Made by a program: the position numbers and the translations under genes. DNA of 64,000 bases from an uncultured Clostridia bacterium (lineage in GTDB: Bacteria; CAYTYR01; UBA6262), in assembly GCA_964441745.1 (NCBI GenBank), contig CAYTYR010000001.1, positions 62,001 to 126,000 on the forward strand, read 5' to 3'. The notes under the pieces were generated by a model. It ran no database searches, was not told the DNA's origin, and saw only the letters and a list, made by a program, of their open reading frames with translations. Each line of letters begins with the position of its first letter. Within the stretch, counting starts at the first letter, position 1. Positions 1 through 9,986 of this stretch are shown one piece after another.

Positions 1-855
1 AATTATGGAACATAATACTATGTGCTGGTTACCAGCCAGTGTCTGGAGAGCCACTACTAAACTGAACCAGAGCAAGAATGAGCGGTTTCGGTCTTGGATA
101 TACCTTTCCAGGAAATAAAATCCCAACGGCAGCCAGGTAGCGGTAAAAATAATGCTAACATGCATTAAATTAGCAATTAAAAATCCGCCAAAAGTATAAA
201 CCAAACTGGCGACTAACCCAGCGCTTTCTTCCAAACCCAAAGCGCGGGCATAAAGATAGGTAAAAAACCCGGTCAGCAGAAAATGGGAAATAAGCAAGAA
301 CGTGAGAGCGTATTCCGGAGCGAAGAAAATATGGGCCAGGAAATTAAAAGGATAAAAAATACCCAATTGCCCTGAAGCAAAAAGCGGGAACCCGCAGTAA
401 ATCTGAGATGCCCACAGCGGCAAGTGTTTAAGCTGCCAGGCTTCGGCCATGATGGCATGCCCGGGAAGATAATAACGGGAAATCTCGCCAAAGACAAAAA
501 TATGATTGTTAACCAGATTATTAAAGAATACCATGAACCAAAAAAAACAGAGACTGAGTAATGTTATTAACGCCGGAGAAAAAAGGATCGATTTAAGAGA
601 AGCGCTCCGCACTTCCCCTGCTATTTTCTTTTTATGCTGCTCAAAATGCATATGCGCTTCCGGGTATCGTTTTTTTAGTTTATCAAACAGCTTCTTGGCC
701 CAGCTATTCTCCTTCGCCAACAAAAATAAACCAATCAGCAAAAAAAGGATCCCTTGCAAAACAGGCAAAAACAAACCTGTTATTCCCAGAAAAACAAAAA
801 TCCAGCCGGCAATATTAAATAAAAACTTGCGGTATTGTGTACTCATTATCGTCAT
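1..855 (-). CDS. Partial (runs off window) YfhO-like polytopic membrane protein, putative GT-C glycosyltransferase, with an extra N-terminal two-TM module
   Basis: Not in the ORF track. Hand translation from ATG 855 stays open to base 1: MTIMSTQYRKFLFNIAGWIFVFLGITGLFLPVLQGILFLLIGLFLLAKE...PLWASQIYCGFPLFASGQLGIFYPFN...LYARALG...YTFGGF...TWLPL, which are YfhO-like motifs. Confidence 0.7.
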   Translation of the reverse strand, partial: MTIMSTQYRKFLFNIAGWIFVFLGITGLFLPVLQGILFLLIGLFLLAKENSWAKKLFDKLKKRYPEAHMHFEQHKKKIAGEVRSASLKSILFSPALITLLSLCFFWFMVFFNNLVNNHIFVFGEISRYYLPGHAIMAEAWQLKHLPLWASQIYCGFPLFASGQLGIFYPFNFLAHIFFAPEYALTFLLISHFLLTGFFTYLYARALGLEESAGLVASLVYTFGGFLIANLMHVSIIFTATWLPLGFYFLERYIQDRNRSFLLWFSLVVALQTLAGNQHIVLCSII

Positions 856-863
856 AGTATATT

Positions 864-2234
864 TCAATCAAATTTGAAATTGCGTTTGGTAAATACAGTG
901 AGACAGGCCTCGACCACAGCAGGGTCATACAGCGTACCTGAATGTTGTTTTAACTCGTCTAAGGCCTTTTGGATACCCAATGAAGAGCGGTAGGGACGGT
1001 GCGAACACATCGCTTCGGTGACATCAGCAACAGCCATGATCCTGGCTTCTTTAATAATGCTTTCCCCATTCAATCCTTTGGGATAACCAGTACCATTCAG
1101 CCGTTCATGGTGCTGCAAGATCACCTGCGCCACCGGCCAGGGAAATTCCAGTTCTTTCATGATCTCGTATCCGACTTCCGGATGTGTTTTGACAATACTA
1201 TATTCAAATTCATTTAACCGGCTGGGTTTAGACAGGATCTCTGCCGGCACTACGATTTTGCCAATATCATGCAGGAAAGCGGTTACTCTGATCCCGGCGA
1301 CATCATTTTTCGACAAGCCCATTTCCTCAGCAATAGCGCAAGCCAGCTTGGCTACCCTTTTTTCATGGCCGGCAGTATACGGATCTCTCTTTTCTAAAGC
1401 TGCGGCCAAGGCATTGGCCGTACCCTCTAACGTACGCTGTAATTTACTATAACTTTCCAGCAGGTTCTCTTCAATAATTTTTTGCTGGGTGATATCCTGG
1501 ATAATGCCAACAATAAATTTTTCCCCTTTTTTATCCGTATATAATGTTTTTTTAGTCAGGATAATATGGACGGCGCCGGCAGCATCGGTAAACTGTTCTT
1601 CGTTGCTGTCTTCCTTAACTTCATTAAAGACTACCTCATCCCTGGCCCAAAACACTTGCGCCTGGTCTTTCGGGAAAAAATCAAAATCAGATTTACCAAT
1701 AAGGTCTTCCCTTTTATATCCCATAAAGCGGCAATAGGCATCATTAAGCAGGGTCCACTTATGATTACGGTCCTTGACAAAAATAGGATCAGCGACCGCA
1801 TTCATGACTTTACTCAGGTATTCCTGGTTTTCTTTCAGGGATTGCTCAGTAGAGAAATCAAGTGTCGTATCACGGATTATGACCATTACCTGATTATCCA
1901 GAAAAGGCAAAAGCCAGGCCTCAAAATAATGATTATTGCCGGAGATAGTCAGCAGATATTTGATCGGGACTTTTTGTTTAGTCCTATTTACTTGTTGCAG
2001 AGCGTCTACAAAAAGCTGGTTGACTGGAGCCGGAACTACTTCCTGCATTTTTTTACCTAAAAACTCTGGGGGAGACAAATACAACAATGTTTCCTCCCCG
2101 GCTTTATAATCCAGGATCGTGCCGTCTTCCTTTAAGATGAATAAAATATCCTGAAAGCCCTGAAATATGGCTTTCAGTTCAGCTTGCAACTGCCTTAAGG
2201 ACTCTTCTAATTTCTTCTTTTCTACATCTTCCAT
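864..2234 (-). CDS. PAS-PAS-HD-GYP cyclic dinucleotide phosphodiesterase
   Basis: Two PAS-like segments, then RDPYTAGHE, LHDIGK and HHERLNGTGYP. Start is ATG 2234 or GTG 2252. Confidence 0.9.
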   Translation of the reverse strand: MEDVEKKKLEESLRQLQAELKAIFQGFQDILFILKEDGTILDYKAGEETLLYLSPPEFLGKKMQEVVPAPVNQLFVDALQQVNRTKQKVPIKYLLTISGNNHYFEAWLLPFLDNQVMVIIRDTTLDFSTEQSLKENQEYLSKVMNAVADPIFVKDRNHKWTLLNDAYCRFMGYKREDLIGKSDFDFFPKDQAQVFWARDEVVFNEVKEDSNEEQFTDAAGAVHIILTKKTLYTDKKGEKFIVGIIQDITQQKIIEENLLESYSKLQRTLEGTANALAAALEKRDPYTAGHEKRVAKLACAIAEEMGLSKNDVAGIRVTAFLHDIGKIVVPAEILSKPSRLNEFEYSIVKTHPEVGYEIMKELEFPWPVAQVILQHHERLNGTGYPKGLNGESIIKEARIMAVADVTEAMCSHRPYRSSLGIQKALDELKQHSGTLYDPAVVEACLTVFTKRNFKFD

Positions 2235-2271
2235 GCAGCGCGTCCTGTCCACTTCAAATTATATCGTAGTC

Positions 2272-2300
2272 ATTGTATCCAATTTACGCCTAATTGTCAA
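2272..2300 (-). promoter_or_regulatory. Sigma70-type promoter for the HD-GYP gene
   Basis: TTGACA-N17-TACAAT on the minus strand. Confidence 0.7.
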
Positions 2301-2383
2301 ACGTTCCCCGTACACTTATTAATGAACATTCTGAAAAGCCTTATCCAGCAATTTTTGATCCAGCGGCCTGATAAAAATTCCGC

Positions 2384-2620
2384 TCAGCCTCTCTTTTGTT
2401 GTTTATAGGCCTCGATAATTTTATTCGCCCTTTCTTCCTGGATCGGGAATAGATCTATGGGCACATTTTCCCGGCCGCAGGCGATCAACACCCTATGCCT
2501 CGCGCAATGCGTATTATCGCCCTGGCAAAACTTGAGCTTAAAAAATGATGCCGTTCCTGGCATGCCTTTCATTTTATCATTAAAAAAAATACATGCTGGA
2601 AGAATCTCGCATACCGCCAT
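2384..2620 (-). CDS. Small Cys-rich hypothetical protein (78 aa)
   Basis: Strong RBS AAGGAGG; five Cys (CEILPAC...FC...CAR...C). Confidence 0.7.
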   Translation of the reverse strand: MAVCEILPACIFFNDKMKGMPGTASFFKLKFCQGDNTHCARHRVLIACGRENVPIDLFPIQEERANKIIEAYKQQKRG

Positions 2621-2639
2621 CTGTGTCCTCCTTATTTTG

Positions 2640-3917
2640 CTATATATATATTAAAGGATGCATTGCCGGCTTAGTATCTCTGATATTGACCGCAGCTAAA
2701 AATCTTTTTTTAAGTTCCCGCACAACTATGGCCCGGCTGTAATGCAGCGCCGCCAAGGTTTCTCCTGCTTGCACCGGATCACCTATTTTTTTAGACAGGA
2801 GGATTCCGGCGCTATAATCAATAGTATCTTCTTTCTTTTGCCGGCCAGCCCCAAGCATGGTCGCGACCATCCCTATTTCCCGGGTATTCATTTTATGAAC
2901 ATAGCCAGTAGCCGGCGCTTTTACCAGAAGCTGGTGTTTGGCTACAGGCAAACGGTTTATTTCTCCACCCTGGTTTTTTATCATCCGGTAAAATACTTCC
3001 AAGGCCTGGCCGTTGGCAATTAACGTTTGCAATATTTGCTTAGCTTCTTTAACTGTATCAGCTTTGCGGCCCATTACCAGCATCTCCGCGCCTAAGGCTA
3101 GGGTTAAGGTTACAAAGTCAACCGGGCCATTACCTTGTAGTACTTCAATCGCCTGCCTTATCTCCAGGCTATTGCCAATAGCCCGGCCTAATGGCTGGTT
3201 CATATCGGTGATCAAGGCTTGCACCGGCAAACCAATTTTTTTGCCGATCAGGGCCAAGGTATCAGCTAATTTTTTGGCGGCGGCAAAATTTGACATAAAA
3301 GCGCCATTGCCGCATTTTACATCTAAAACTAAACCGGCAATACCGGCCGCTATTTTTTTGCTCAGGATGCTGGCACAAATGAGGGAAAGACTCTCTACTG
3401 TCCCGGTTGCATCACGCAAAGCGTAAATCTTTTTATCTGCCGGGGCCAGCTCCGCAGTCTGTCCGATCATGGCAATCCCAATCTTACGAACTTGCCGCAA
3501 GGCCTGTTTACTGGTTAATTTAGATTTAAATCCAGGGATGCTGGCTAATTTATCCAAAGTACCGCCGGTATGACCTAATCCCCGGCCGCTCATCATCAGG
3601 ACCGGTGAGCCAGCCGCAGCTACCAACGGCGCTAAGACCAGGGAAATACCATCTCCGACGCCACCGGTTGAATGCTTGTCTATGACCAAGCCCTTTAACC
3701 CCGTCAGTTTTAAGGTCTTACCGGAATGAGCCATGGCTTCAGTCAAGAAAATGGTCTCCGGCAAACTCATTCCTTGGAAATATACCGCCATTAAAAAAGA
3801 AGCCATCTGGTAATCAGGAATATCACCCCTGGTATAACCATCTACTAACTGCCTTATTTCCACGGCCGACAATCTTTGGCCGTTTCTTTTCCTGATAATG
3901 CTCTCTAAAACGCTCAT
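2640..3917 (-). CDS. pdp: Pyrimidine-nucleoside / thymidine phosphorylase
   Basis: DKHSTGGVGD, SGRGLGHTGGTLDKL, YALRDATGTV, SILSKK. Confidence 0.95.
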   Translation of the reverse strand: MSVLESIIRKRNGQRLSAVEIRQLVDGYTRGDIPDYQMASFLMAVYFQGMSLPETIFLTEAMAHSGKTLKLTGLKGLVIDKHSTGGVGDGISLVLAPLVAAAGSPVLMMSGRGLGHTGGTLDKLASIPGFKSKLTSKQALRQVRKIGIAMIGQTAELAPADKKIYALRDATGTVESLSLICASILSKKIAAGIAGLVLDVKCGNGAFMSNFAAAKKLADTLALIGKKIGLPVQALITDMNQPLGRAIGNSLEIRQAIEVLQGNGPVDFVTLTLALGAEMLVMGRKADTVKEAKQILQTLIANGQALEVFYRMIKNQGGEINRLPVAKHQLLVKAPATGYVHKMNTREIGMVATMLGAGRQKKEDTIDYSAGILLSKKIGDPVQAGETLAALHYSRAIVVRELKKRFLAAVNIRDTKPAMHPLIYI

Positions 3918-4727
3918 TTATACTTTCCTGAGAAGCGCTTTTATTAATTTATTTAAACTAAAGCTGACCTTTTGGGCGATCTCCAGCGTTGTATGATGGC
4001 TATGTTTCATTTTGCCTATGCCGGCGGCCTTATTAGTAACACAAGCCAGGCCGAGTATTTCCAATCCTAAAGACCGGGCAATAATTGCTTCCGGTACTGT
4101 GGACATCCCGATGATATCAGCCCCTATTTTCTTGAACATTTTTATCTCCGCCGGAGTTTCATAGGTTGGCCCGGTCACCGCAGCATAGATGCCTTCCTGC
4201 AAGTTTAACTGCAGTTTCTCCGCTTCACTTTTAGCCAGTTTCCTTAGCTCCGGGGAATACACACTGGTCAAATTCAGGAAATTGATCGGCTCCCCTTTTT
4301 CTACCCGCAGGGGATTAAGACCCATGAAATTAATATGATCCTTGATCAGGATGAGATCGCCTGGCTGATATCCATTATTAATAGCGCCGCTGGCATTAGT
4401 CAGGAAAAGCTTGGTGACGCCCAGCGCTTTCATGACCTGGATCGGGAAAGTAATCTCTTCGATACTATATCCTTCATAGTAATGCAGCCGGCCGCGCATA
4501 ATAACCACATCTTTGCCTGCCAGCGTGCCCAACACCAGGACTCCTTCATGACCTTCGACCGTAGAAGAAACAAAATAAGGGATCTCCATAAAAGGAATAA
4601 CCACCTTATTTTCTACTTCCTCCGCTAGGACTCCTAATCCTGAACCAAGAATGATCCCGATTTCCGGCTGGATCATTTTTTTCATCTGGATCAATTTTAA
4701 AGCTTGTTCGATTTTTGTCCTCATCAT
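3918..4727 (-). CDS. punA: Purine-nucleoside phosphorylase (trimeric PNP/XapA type)
   Basis: ILGSGLG, GRLHYYEGY, GPTYETPAE, GMSTVPE. Confidence 0.93.
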   Translation of the reverse strand: MMRTKIEQALKLIQMKKMIQPEIGIILGSGLGVLAEEVENKVVIPFMEIPYFVSSTVEGHEGVLVLGTLAGKDVVIMRGRLHYYEGYSIEEITFPIQVMKALGVTKLFLTNASGAINNGYQPGDLILIKDHINFMGLNPLRVEKGEPINFLNLTSVYSPELRKLAKSEAEKLQLNLQEGIYAAVTGPTYETPAEIKMFKKIGADIIGMSTVPEAIIARSLGLEILGLACVTNKAAGIGKMKHSHHTTLEIAQKVSFSLNKLIKALLRKV

Positions 4728-5338
4728 GTCAGTTTCACCACTATGTCCCCGATAATATTACCGGCTTCATCAGCGCGGTCCGCGGCATTGGAAAGATGCC
4801 GGTAAATTTCCCTTAGTTTTAGAATGTAGATCGTATCTTTTTCTTTGAATAATTCAACCAGCGCTTCCTGGTATGTGCGTTCCATTTCGTTTTCCAGTTT
4901 CTTAGCTTTCTGCGCATGCTCCAAAGCCAGAGAAGGCTTGGCCTGCAGGTGAAAAATAGCCCGCGATATTTCCTCAGCTTGTCGGCGTAAAATATTAACC
5001 ATTTTCAATAAAGACGGGTTCGGATTCACTTTGAACAACGCCATCTCGCCTACCGTGCTCTTCGCATAGTCAACGACATCGTCCACAGTACGGGAAAGGG
5101 CAAAAATATCTTCCCGGTCAAAGGGAGTGATAAACGATTTATTCAATTCAGTGATCAGGATATGCCGCAAATCATCGGCGTCTTGTTCCATCCGTTTAAC
5201 CTTGTCACTGGCTTCCTGGTTAGGGTTTGAGATAAACTCTTCCAGGGCAATAATCCCATCCAGGCTTTTATCAGCCTGGTCCTGCAGCAGCTTATTAAAA
5301 TTCTTTTCTTGCGGAAAAAAAAATTCTTTTAAACCCAT
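4724..5338 (-). CDS. DUF47 / PhoU-like phosphate transport accessory protein
   Basis: EQDADD...FITPFDREDI...DDVVD motif; adjacent to a PiT transporter. Confidence 0.9.
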   Translation of the reverse strand: MGLKEFFFPQEKNFNKLLQDQADKSLDGIIALEEFISNPNQEASDKVKRMEQDADDLRHILITELNKSFITPFDREDIFALSRTVDDVVDYAKSTVGEMALFKVNPNPSLLKMVNILRRQAEEISRAIFHLQAKPSLALEHAQKAKKLENEMERTYQEALVELFKEKDTIYILKLREIYRHLSNAADRADEAGNIIGDIVVKLT

Positions 5339-6342
5339 AATCCTCCCTTTACTACCATTGAATATAAACTTAATAATTTCCAGATCATCATCGCTAGCAG
5401 CCCGGTTACCGGGATAGTCACCAGCCAGGCAATAAGAATATGACGCGCTACCCGCCAGCTGACTTTGTTAAATCTCTTCGCCACTCCTGCTCCTACTAAG
5501 CCGGAACTCATCACCTGACTGGTAGAAAATGTGCCGCCCCAAAGAGCAGAAACCAGGATCACGATACTGGCAGTAAGCTGGGCGGTTACCGAATCAAGCG
5601 GCCTGATCTTCAGCAATCTCCGGTTAAACGTTTTAGCAATACGCCAACCCCCAGCCAGAATACCAATAACGATCAGAAAAATCGAAATCCCTGCCACCCA
5701 CACAGGAATAGATAAGTCGCGCTGATACCCAAAAGCAACCAGGATCAATACTAAGACCGCCATCGTCTTTTGCGGCTCAGTTGCTCCATGCAAGGCGCTG
5801 GTGATAGCTACAGTTAAGAGCTGTAATTTACTTAATGATCTATTTACCTGCGGTGAAGCCCAGCGTAAACAGAATAATTCAAGATGCATTAAGGTATAGC
5901 TTAATAAAGCGCTAACCACCGGCGTAGCCAGTAAAATAATTATGATCTTGCCAAAAGTATTATAGGAAAGGCCCTGCCAGCCGTAAGCGGCAATGACCGC
6001 CCCGGATAGGCCGCCTACCAAAGCATGCGCGGAAGAAGTAGGGATACCCACGGATATGGTCATTATTTTCCAGAACACTGCCGCCCCCAGCGCGGCCAGT
6101 ATTATGGCTGGGGTGACGGTAAATAAGCTCAGGCTGGCAATACTCTGGGCTATCCGCATACCGACATAATAAATAATAATTATCCCGCATAATTCAAAAA
6201 AACAAACCAACATAACAATACGCACTGGAGCAAGAAAATGAGTAGAAACAAAAGTACCGATAATGCTGCCGCCGTCATTATAGCCATTTAAAATAGCATA
6301 GATGACAGTTAATATGATCGCGATCCAAAACATTAAAGCCAT
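5329..6342 (-). CDS. pit: PiT-family inorganic phosphate transporter
   Basis: NGYND, GIPTSSAHALVGG, HGATEPQK, STSQVMSSG and AWLVTIP motifs. Confidence 0.85.
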   Translation of the reverse strand: MALMFWIAIILTVIYAILNGYNDGGSIIGTFVSTHFLAPVRIVMLVCFFELCGIIIIYYVGMRIAQSIASLSLFTVTPAIILAALGAAVFWKIMTISVGIPTSSAHALVGGLSGAVIAAYGWQGLSYNTFGKIIIILLATPVVSALLSYTLMHLELFCLRWASPQVNRSLSKLQLLTVAITSALHGATEPQKTMAVLVLILVAFGYQRDLSIPVWVAGISIFLIVIGILAGGWRIAKTFNRRLLKIRPLDSVTAQLTASIVILVSALWGGTFSTSQVMSSGLVGAGVAKRFNKVSWRVARHILIAWLVTIPVTGLLAMMIWKLLSLYSMVVKGGLWV

Positions 6343-6365
6343 GTATACTCCAAGAACTGTCAGCT

Positions 6366-6429
6366 AGTCTATTGGAATCAGGTTGAAGGTTGTAGGACCT
6401 ACACCCTTTCACTGCTTTTCAACAAGACT
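6366..6429. repeat. 64-bp palindromic MITE-like element, copy 1
   Basis: AGTCTATTGGAA...GGTTGTAGG-A-CCTACACCC...TTTCAACAAGACT; a closely similar inverted copy lies at 8606-8669. Confidence 0.75.
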
Positions 6430-6439
6430 CGGAACTGTT

Positions 6440-7615
6440 TTAAGTTATTTCCGGTAAAAAGCTGGTCCCGTTGATCAAAGGTCCTATTTGGCAGTAGTCG
6501 GCAATAGTTTGACCGACATCAGCAAAAGTAGCCCTTGTTCCTAAGTTGACATTTTTTTTAAACGGTTTCCCGTAAACAAGTAATGGCACATATTCCCGGG
6601 AATGATCTGTGCTGGGAGTAGTTGGATCACAGCCATGATCAGCAGTTATCATCAGCAAATCTTCATCTGACATCTGCTGAATGATCAGCTTTAGCCCTTG
6701 ATCTGCTGTACTCAAGGCCTGAGCATAGCCGTTTATATCATTGCGATGCCCATACATCATATCAAAATCAACCAGATTGACAAAGATCAAGCCTGATCTT
6801 CCGGCGGTCCGGCGCATGGTCTCTCGCGTGGCCTCCAGTCCCATAGCATTATCCCGGGTATGAATGCTATCGGTTAATCCCTGCCCGGCAAAAATATCTT
6901 CTATTTTTCCTATCCCGAAGCTAAGGTGGCCATTTTGCTGTAATAAATCCAGCACTGTCGGCGCCGGCGGTTTCAGTGAATAATCTTTCCGATTAGCGGT
7001 CCGGCAGAAATCTGCGCTGTTCGTGCCACTAAATGGCCGGGCAATCACCCGGCCAACAGCATGATTTCCGGTCAGTAAGGCCCTGGCTTGGCCGCAAATA
7101 GAATATAACCTCTGCAAACCAAACTTTTGCTCATGACAGGCAATCTGAAAAACACTGTCTGCCGAGGTATAGACAATAGGATACCCGGTCCGCAGGTGTT
7201 CTGCGCCAAGTTGTTTGATAATCTCAGTGCCGCTGGCCGGGATATTGCCGATTGTTTTAGTCCCAATAATTTTTTCAAATTCGTTAATAATTTCCAGGGG
7301 AAAACCGTGCGGATATAAAGGGAAAGGTTCTTGCAGGATCAGGCCAGTCAATTCCCAATGGCCAGTGGTAGTATCTTTGCCAGGAGAAGATTCGGCCATC
7401 TGGCCATAACAACCAATGACCTCCTTGGCCTGGGGATGCCGCAGATCAACCAGTTCTCCTAACCCTAAACTTTCCAACATCGGCAAATCAATCCGGCCTA
7501 GAGCTTTGGCCAAATTACCCAGAGTATTAGAGCCCTGGTCCTGGTAAAGGCGGGCATCAGGCAACTCGCCAATGCCTAAACTGTCTAAAATGACAAGAAT
7601 AACCCGCCGGGCCAT
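6440..7615 (-). CDS. deoB: Phosphopentomutase
   Basis: [52 protein letters not shown]. Confidence 0.96.
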   Translation of the reverse strand: MARRVILVILDSLGIGELPDARLYQDQGSNTLGNLAKALGRIDLPMLESLGLGELVDLRHPQAKEVIGCYGQMAESSPGKDTTTGHWELTGLILQEPFPLYPHGFPLEIINEFEKIIGTKTIGNIPASGTEIIKQLGAEHLRTGYPIVYTSADSVFQIACHEQKFGLQRLYSICGQARALLTGNHAVGRVIARPFSGTNSADFCRTANRKDYSLKPPAPTVLDLLQQNGHLSFGIGKIEDIFAGQGLTDSIHTRDNAMGLEATRETMRRTAGRSGLIFVNLVDFDMMYGHRNDINGYAQALSTADQGLKLIIQQMSDEDLLMITADHGCDPTTPSTDHSREYVPLLVYGKPFKKNVNLGTRATFADVGQTIADYCQIGPLINGTSFLPEIT

Positions 7616-7617
7616 CT

Positions 7618-8556
7618 TTATCCTTTTCTGGCTAAGACTTTTTTAGCTGCCGCGACAATGTCTATATCTTTCAAATGGAAAAACCGCATCAACTCTTCAG
7701 GCGCGCCTGAGGTTCCAAAAGAATCATTCATCCCGATCATTTCCACCGGAACCGGATAATTTTTCACCACAACTTCACTCACGGCGCTGCCCAAGCCATA
7801 ATAAATCTGATGCTCTTCAGCCGTAACAATAGCTTTGGTTTCCTGAGCAGCTTTTATAATAATTTTTTCATCCAGGGGTTTTAAACTATGTATATTGATC
7901 ACCCGGGCCTTAATATTTTCTTTCTCGAGCAGCGCCGCGGCCTGCAGCGCTTCAGCCACCAGGCTGCCACACGCAAAAATCGTCACATCTTGCCCGTCTT
8001 TCATCAGTAATCCTGCGCCAGGGATAAAAGGGGTCTCCGGAGTAGTCAGCGCCGGTAAGGGTTCACGGCCCAATCTAATATAGACAGGTCCTTTCATTTC
8101 AGCGGCGGCAATTGTCGCTTTCTTAGCTTCTATAAAGTCGCAGGGCACAAAAACAGTTAAATTGGGCAAGACCCTGGTTAAGGCGAATTCCTCCAACGCC
8201 TGATGACTGGCGCCGTCCGGGCCGGTCAGTATCCCGCCATGTGAACCGCCGATCTTGACATTCAGATTACTATAACAAATAGTGGTACGCAGTTGTTCCC
8301 AAGCCCGGCCGCTGGCAAAAATAGAATAGGTGCTGGCAAAAGGGATCTTGCCCGTCAGGCTCAGTCCTGCGGCTAAACCCAGCAGGTTTTGTTCCGCTAC
8401 TCCGACATTAAAAAATCTTTCGGGAAACTTCTTTTTAAAAAGTTCACTGGATGTGGACCGGCTTAAATCAGCATCGAGCGCTACAATGTTTTTATTGGTT
8501 GCGCCCATTTCTACTAAAGCCTCTGAATAACCATGCCTGGTTGCCTTCTTCTCCAT
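7618..8556 (-). CDS. Transketolase, C-terminal (pyrimidine-binding) subunit
   Basis: [26 protein letters not shown]. The true start is ATG 8556 (RBS GAGGAG); the longer ORF reads through a repeat. Confidence 0.92.
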   Translation of the reverse strand: MEKKATRHGYSEALVEMGATNKNIVALDADLSRSTSSELFKKKFPERFFNVGVAEQNLLGLAAGLSLTGKIPFASTYSIFASGRAWEQLRTTICYSNLNVKIGGSHGGILTGPDGASHQALEEFALTRVLPNLTVFVPCDFIEAKKATIAAAEMKGPVYIRLGREPLPALTTPETPFIPGAGLLMKDGQDVTIFACGSLVAEALQAAALLEKENIKARVINIHSLKPLDEKIIIKAAQETKAIVTAEEHQIYYGLGSAVSEVVVKNYPVPVEMIGMNDSFGTSGAPEELMRFFHLKDIDIVAAAKKVLARKG

Positions 8557-8605
8557 TTGTGCTCCTCTAAAAATAGTCCTCGAGTCTCCGAGTCTTCGAG
8601 TCGCG

Positions 8606-8669
8606 AATCTTATTGAAAAGCAGTTAAAGGGTGTAGGTTCTACAACCTTCAACCTGATTCTAATAGATC
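8606..8669. repeat. 64-bp palindromic MITE-like element, copy 2 (inverted)
   Basis: Reverse complement matches 6366-6429 with a few differences; lies between the two transketolase subunit genes. Confidence 0.75.
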
Positions 8670-8679
8670 CGCAGACTTG

Positions 8680-9489
8680 TTACTCCAGTTCCTTGAGCGC
8701 CTTTTCCGTTAATTCTTTATTGGGCGCTTTGCCATGCCACTCTTCCTGGTCTTCCATGAAACTCACGCCTTTCCCTTTGGTGGTCTTAGCAATTATTGCT
8801 GTTGGCTGCCCCTTGGTTTTAGCCGCCGCGGCGTAAGCATCAAGTATCTGTTTAAAATCGTGTCCCGCTATTTCGATAGTATGCCAGCCAAAAGCCCTAA
8901 ATTTATCGGCAATGGGATAGACATTCATTACGTCTTTGATCCGGCCGTCAATCTGCAAATCATTATTATCCACGATACAGCAAAGGTTATCCAGGCGGTA
9001 ATGGCCAGCGCTCATCGCCGCTTCCCAAATTTGTCCTTCCTGCAGTTCTCCGTCCCCGACCAGGCAAAAGGTCCGAACATCACTTTTATCGAGCTTTACC
9101 CCGAGAGCTATCCCTGTCGCTACGGACAAACCCATGCCTAATGATCCAGTGGATACTTCTACCCCGGCTAAATCCTGGCAACTGGGATGCCCTTGTAAAC
9201 AACTTCCCAGTTTACGCAAAGTCATGAGTTGTTCCTTGGGAAAATATCCTAATTCAGCCAGGCAAGCATATAATACCGGGGCACAATGTCCCTTGGAAAG
9301 AATAAAACGATCCCGGCCCGGCCAGTGTGGTTCTTTTGGTTTTTGCCGCAAGACACTAAAAAACAAAGCGGTCATCAAGTCGGTGGAAGAAAGTGACCCG
9401 CCAGGATGACCGCTGCCAGCTGCTCCCAGCATTTTTATTATATCCTGCCTTATTTTATTAGCTTGCTCCTTTAATTGTGCAATATCCAA
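8680..9489 (-). CDS. Transketolase, N-terminal TPP-binding subunit
   Basis: GSGHPGGSLS, DRFILSKGH, STGSLGMG, GDGELQEG. Probable TTG start at 9489 after GGGGGT. Confidence 0.93.
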   Translation of the reverse strand: MDIAQLKEQANKIRQDIIKMLGAAGSGHPGGSLSSTDLMTALFFSVLRQKPKEPHWPGRDRFILSKGHCAPVLYACLAELGYFPKEQLMTLRKLGSCLQGHPSCQDLAGVEVSTGSLGMGLSVATGIALGVKLDKSDVRTFCLVGDGELQEGQIWEAAMSAGHYRLDNLCCIVDNNDLQIDGRIKDVMNVYPIADKFRAFGWHTIEIAGHDFKQILDAYAAAAKTKGQPTAIIAKTTKGKGVSFMEDQEEWHGKAPNKELTEKALKELE

Positions 9490-9602
9490 AATAACCCCCA
9501 GATGAAACAAATTCTAAATTCTAAATTACAAATTCTAAATTAAGGTAAAAAACCTCTCTGCCAAAATTTATAATTTAGCATTTGGCATTCAAAATTTACA
9601 TT

Positions 9603-9968
9603 CTAGTCCAGGATTTTTTTTACCCGGTCCATCAGTTCCTGCGGATGGAAAGGTTTAACGATATAATCCATGGCTCCCAATTCCAGGCTTTTGGCTACAT
9701 CACCTTCCTGCCCGAGCGCGCTTAACATCACCACAGGTATTTGTTTGGTGCTTTCATTTTCTTTTAATCTCCTGGTGGCCTCATTGCCATCGATTACCGG
9801 CATCATGATATCCATCAGGATGAGATCTGGTTTTTCCTGAATCGCCAGTTTAACTCCTGCTTCTCCTTCGTTAGCGCTGACTACCGTAAAAGCGTTTTTC
9901 TCCAGCAAATACCGCACCATTTTTACCACTCCAGGCTCATCATCAACGATCAAAACCTTTTTACTCAT
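9603..9968 (-). CDS. Single-domain response regulator (REC)
   Basis: LIVDDE, DLILMDIMMP, MLSA, YIVKPF. Confidence 0.93.
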   Translation of the reverse strand: MSKKVLIVDDEPGVVKMVRYLLEKNAFTVVSANEGEAGVKLAIQEKPDLILMDIMMPVIDGNEATRRLKENESTKQIPVVMLSALGQEGDVAKSLELGAMDYIVKPFHPQELMDRVKKILD

Positions 9969-9986
9969 AACCTCACCCCTGTTTAT

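Noticed and set aside
506-877. Plus-strand 123-aa ORF and the many other antisense ORFs in the track
   Set aside because: They are shadows of well-supported minus-strand genes and show no recognisable motifs.
8557-8652. N-terminal extensions of the transketolase C subunit (likewise bioY, GH5 and the holin-like ORF)
   Set aside because: The extensions run through repeats, promoters or operators; downstream ATGs fit the family N-termini better.
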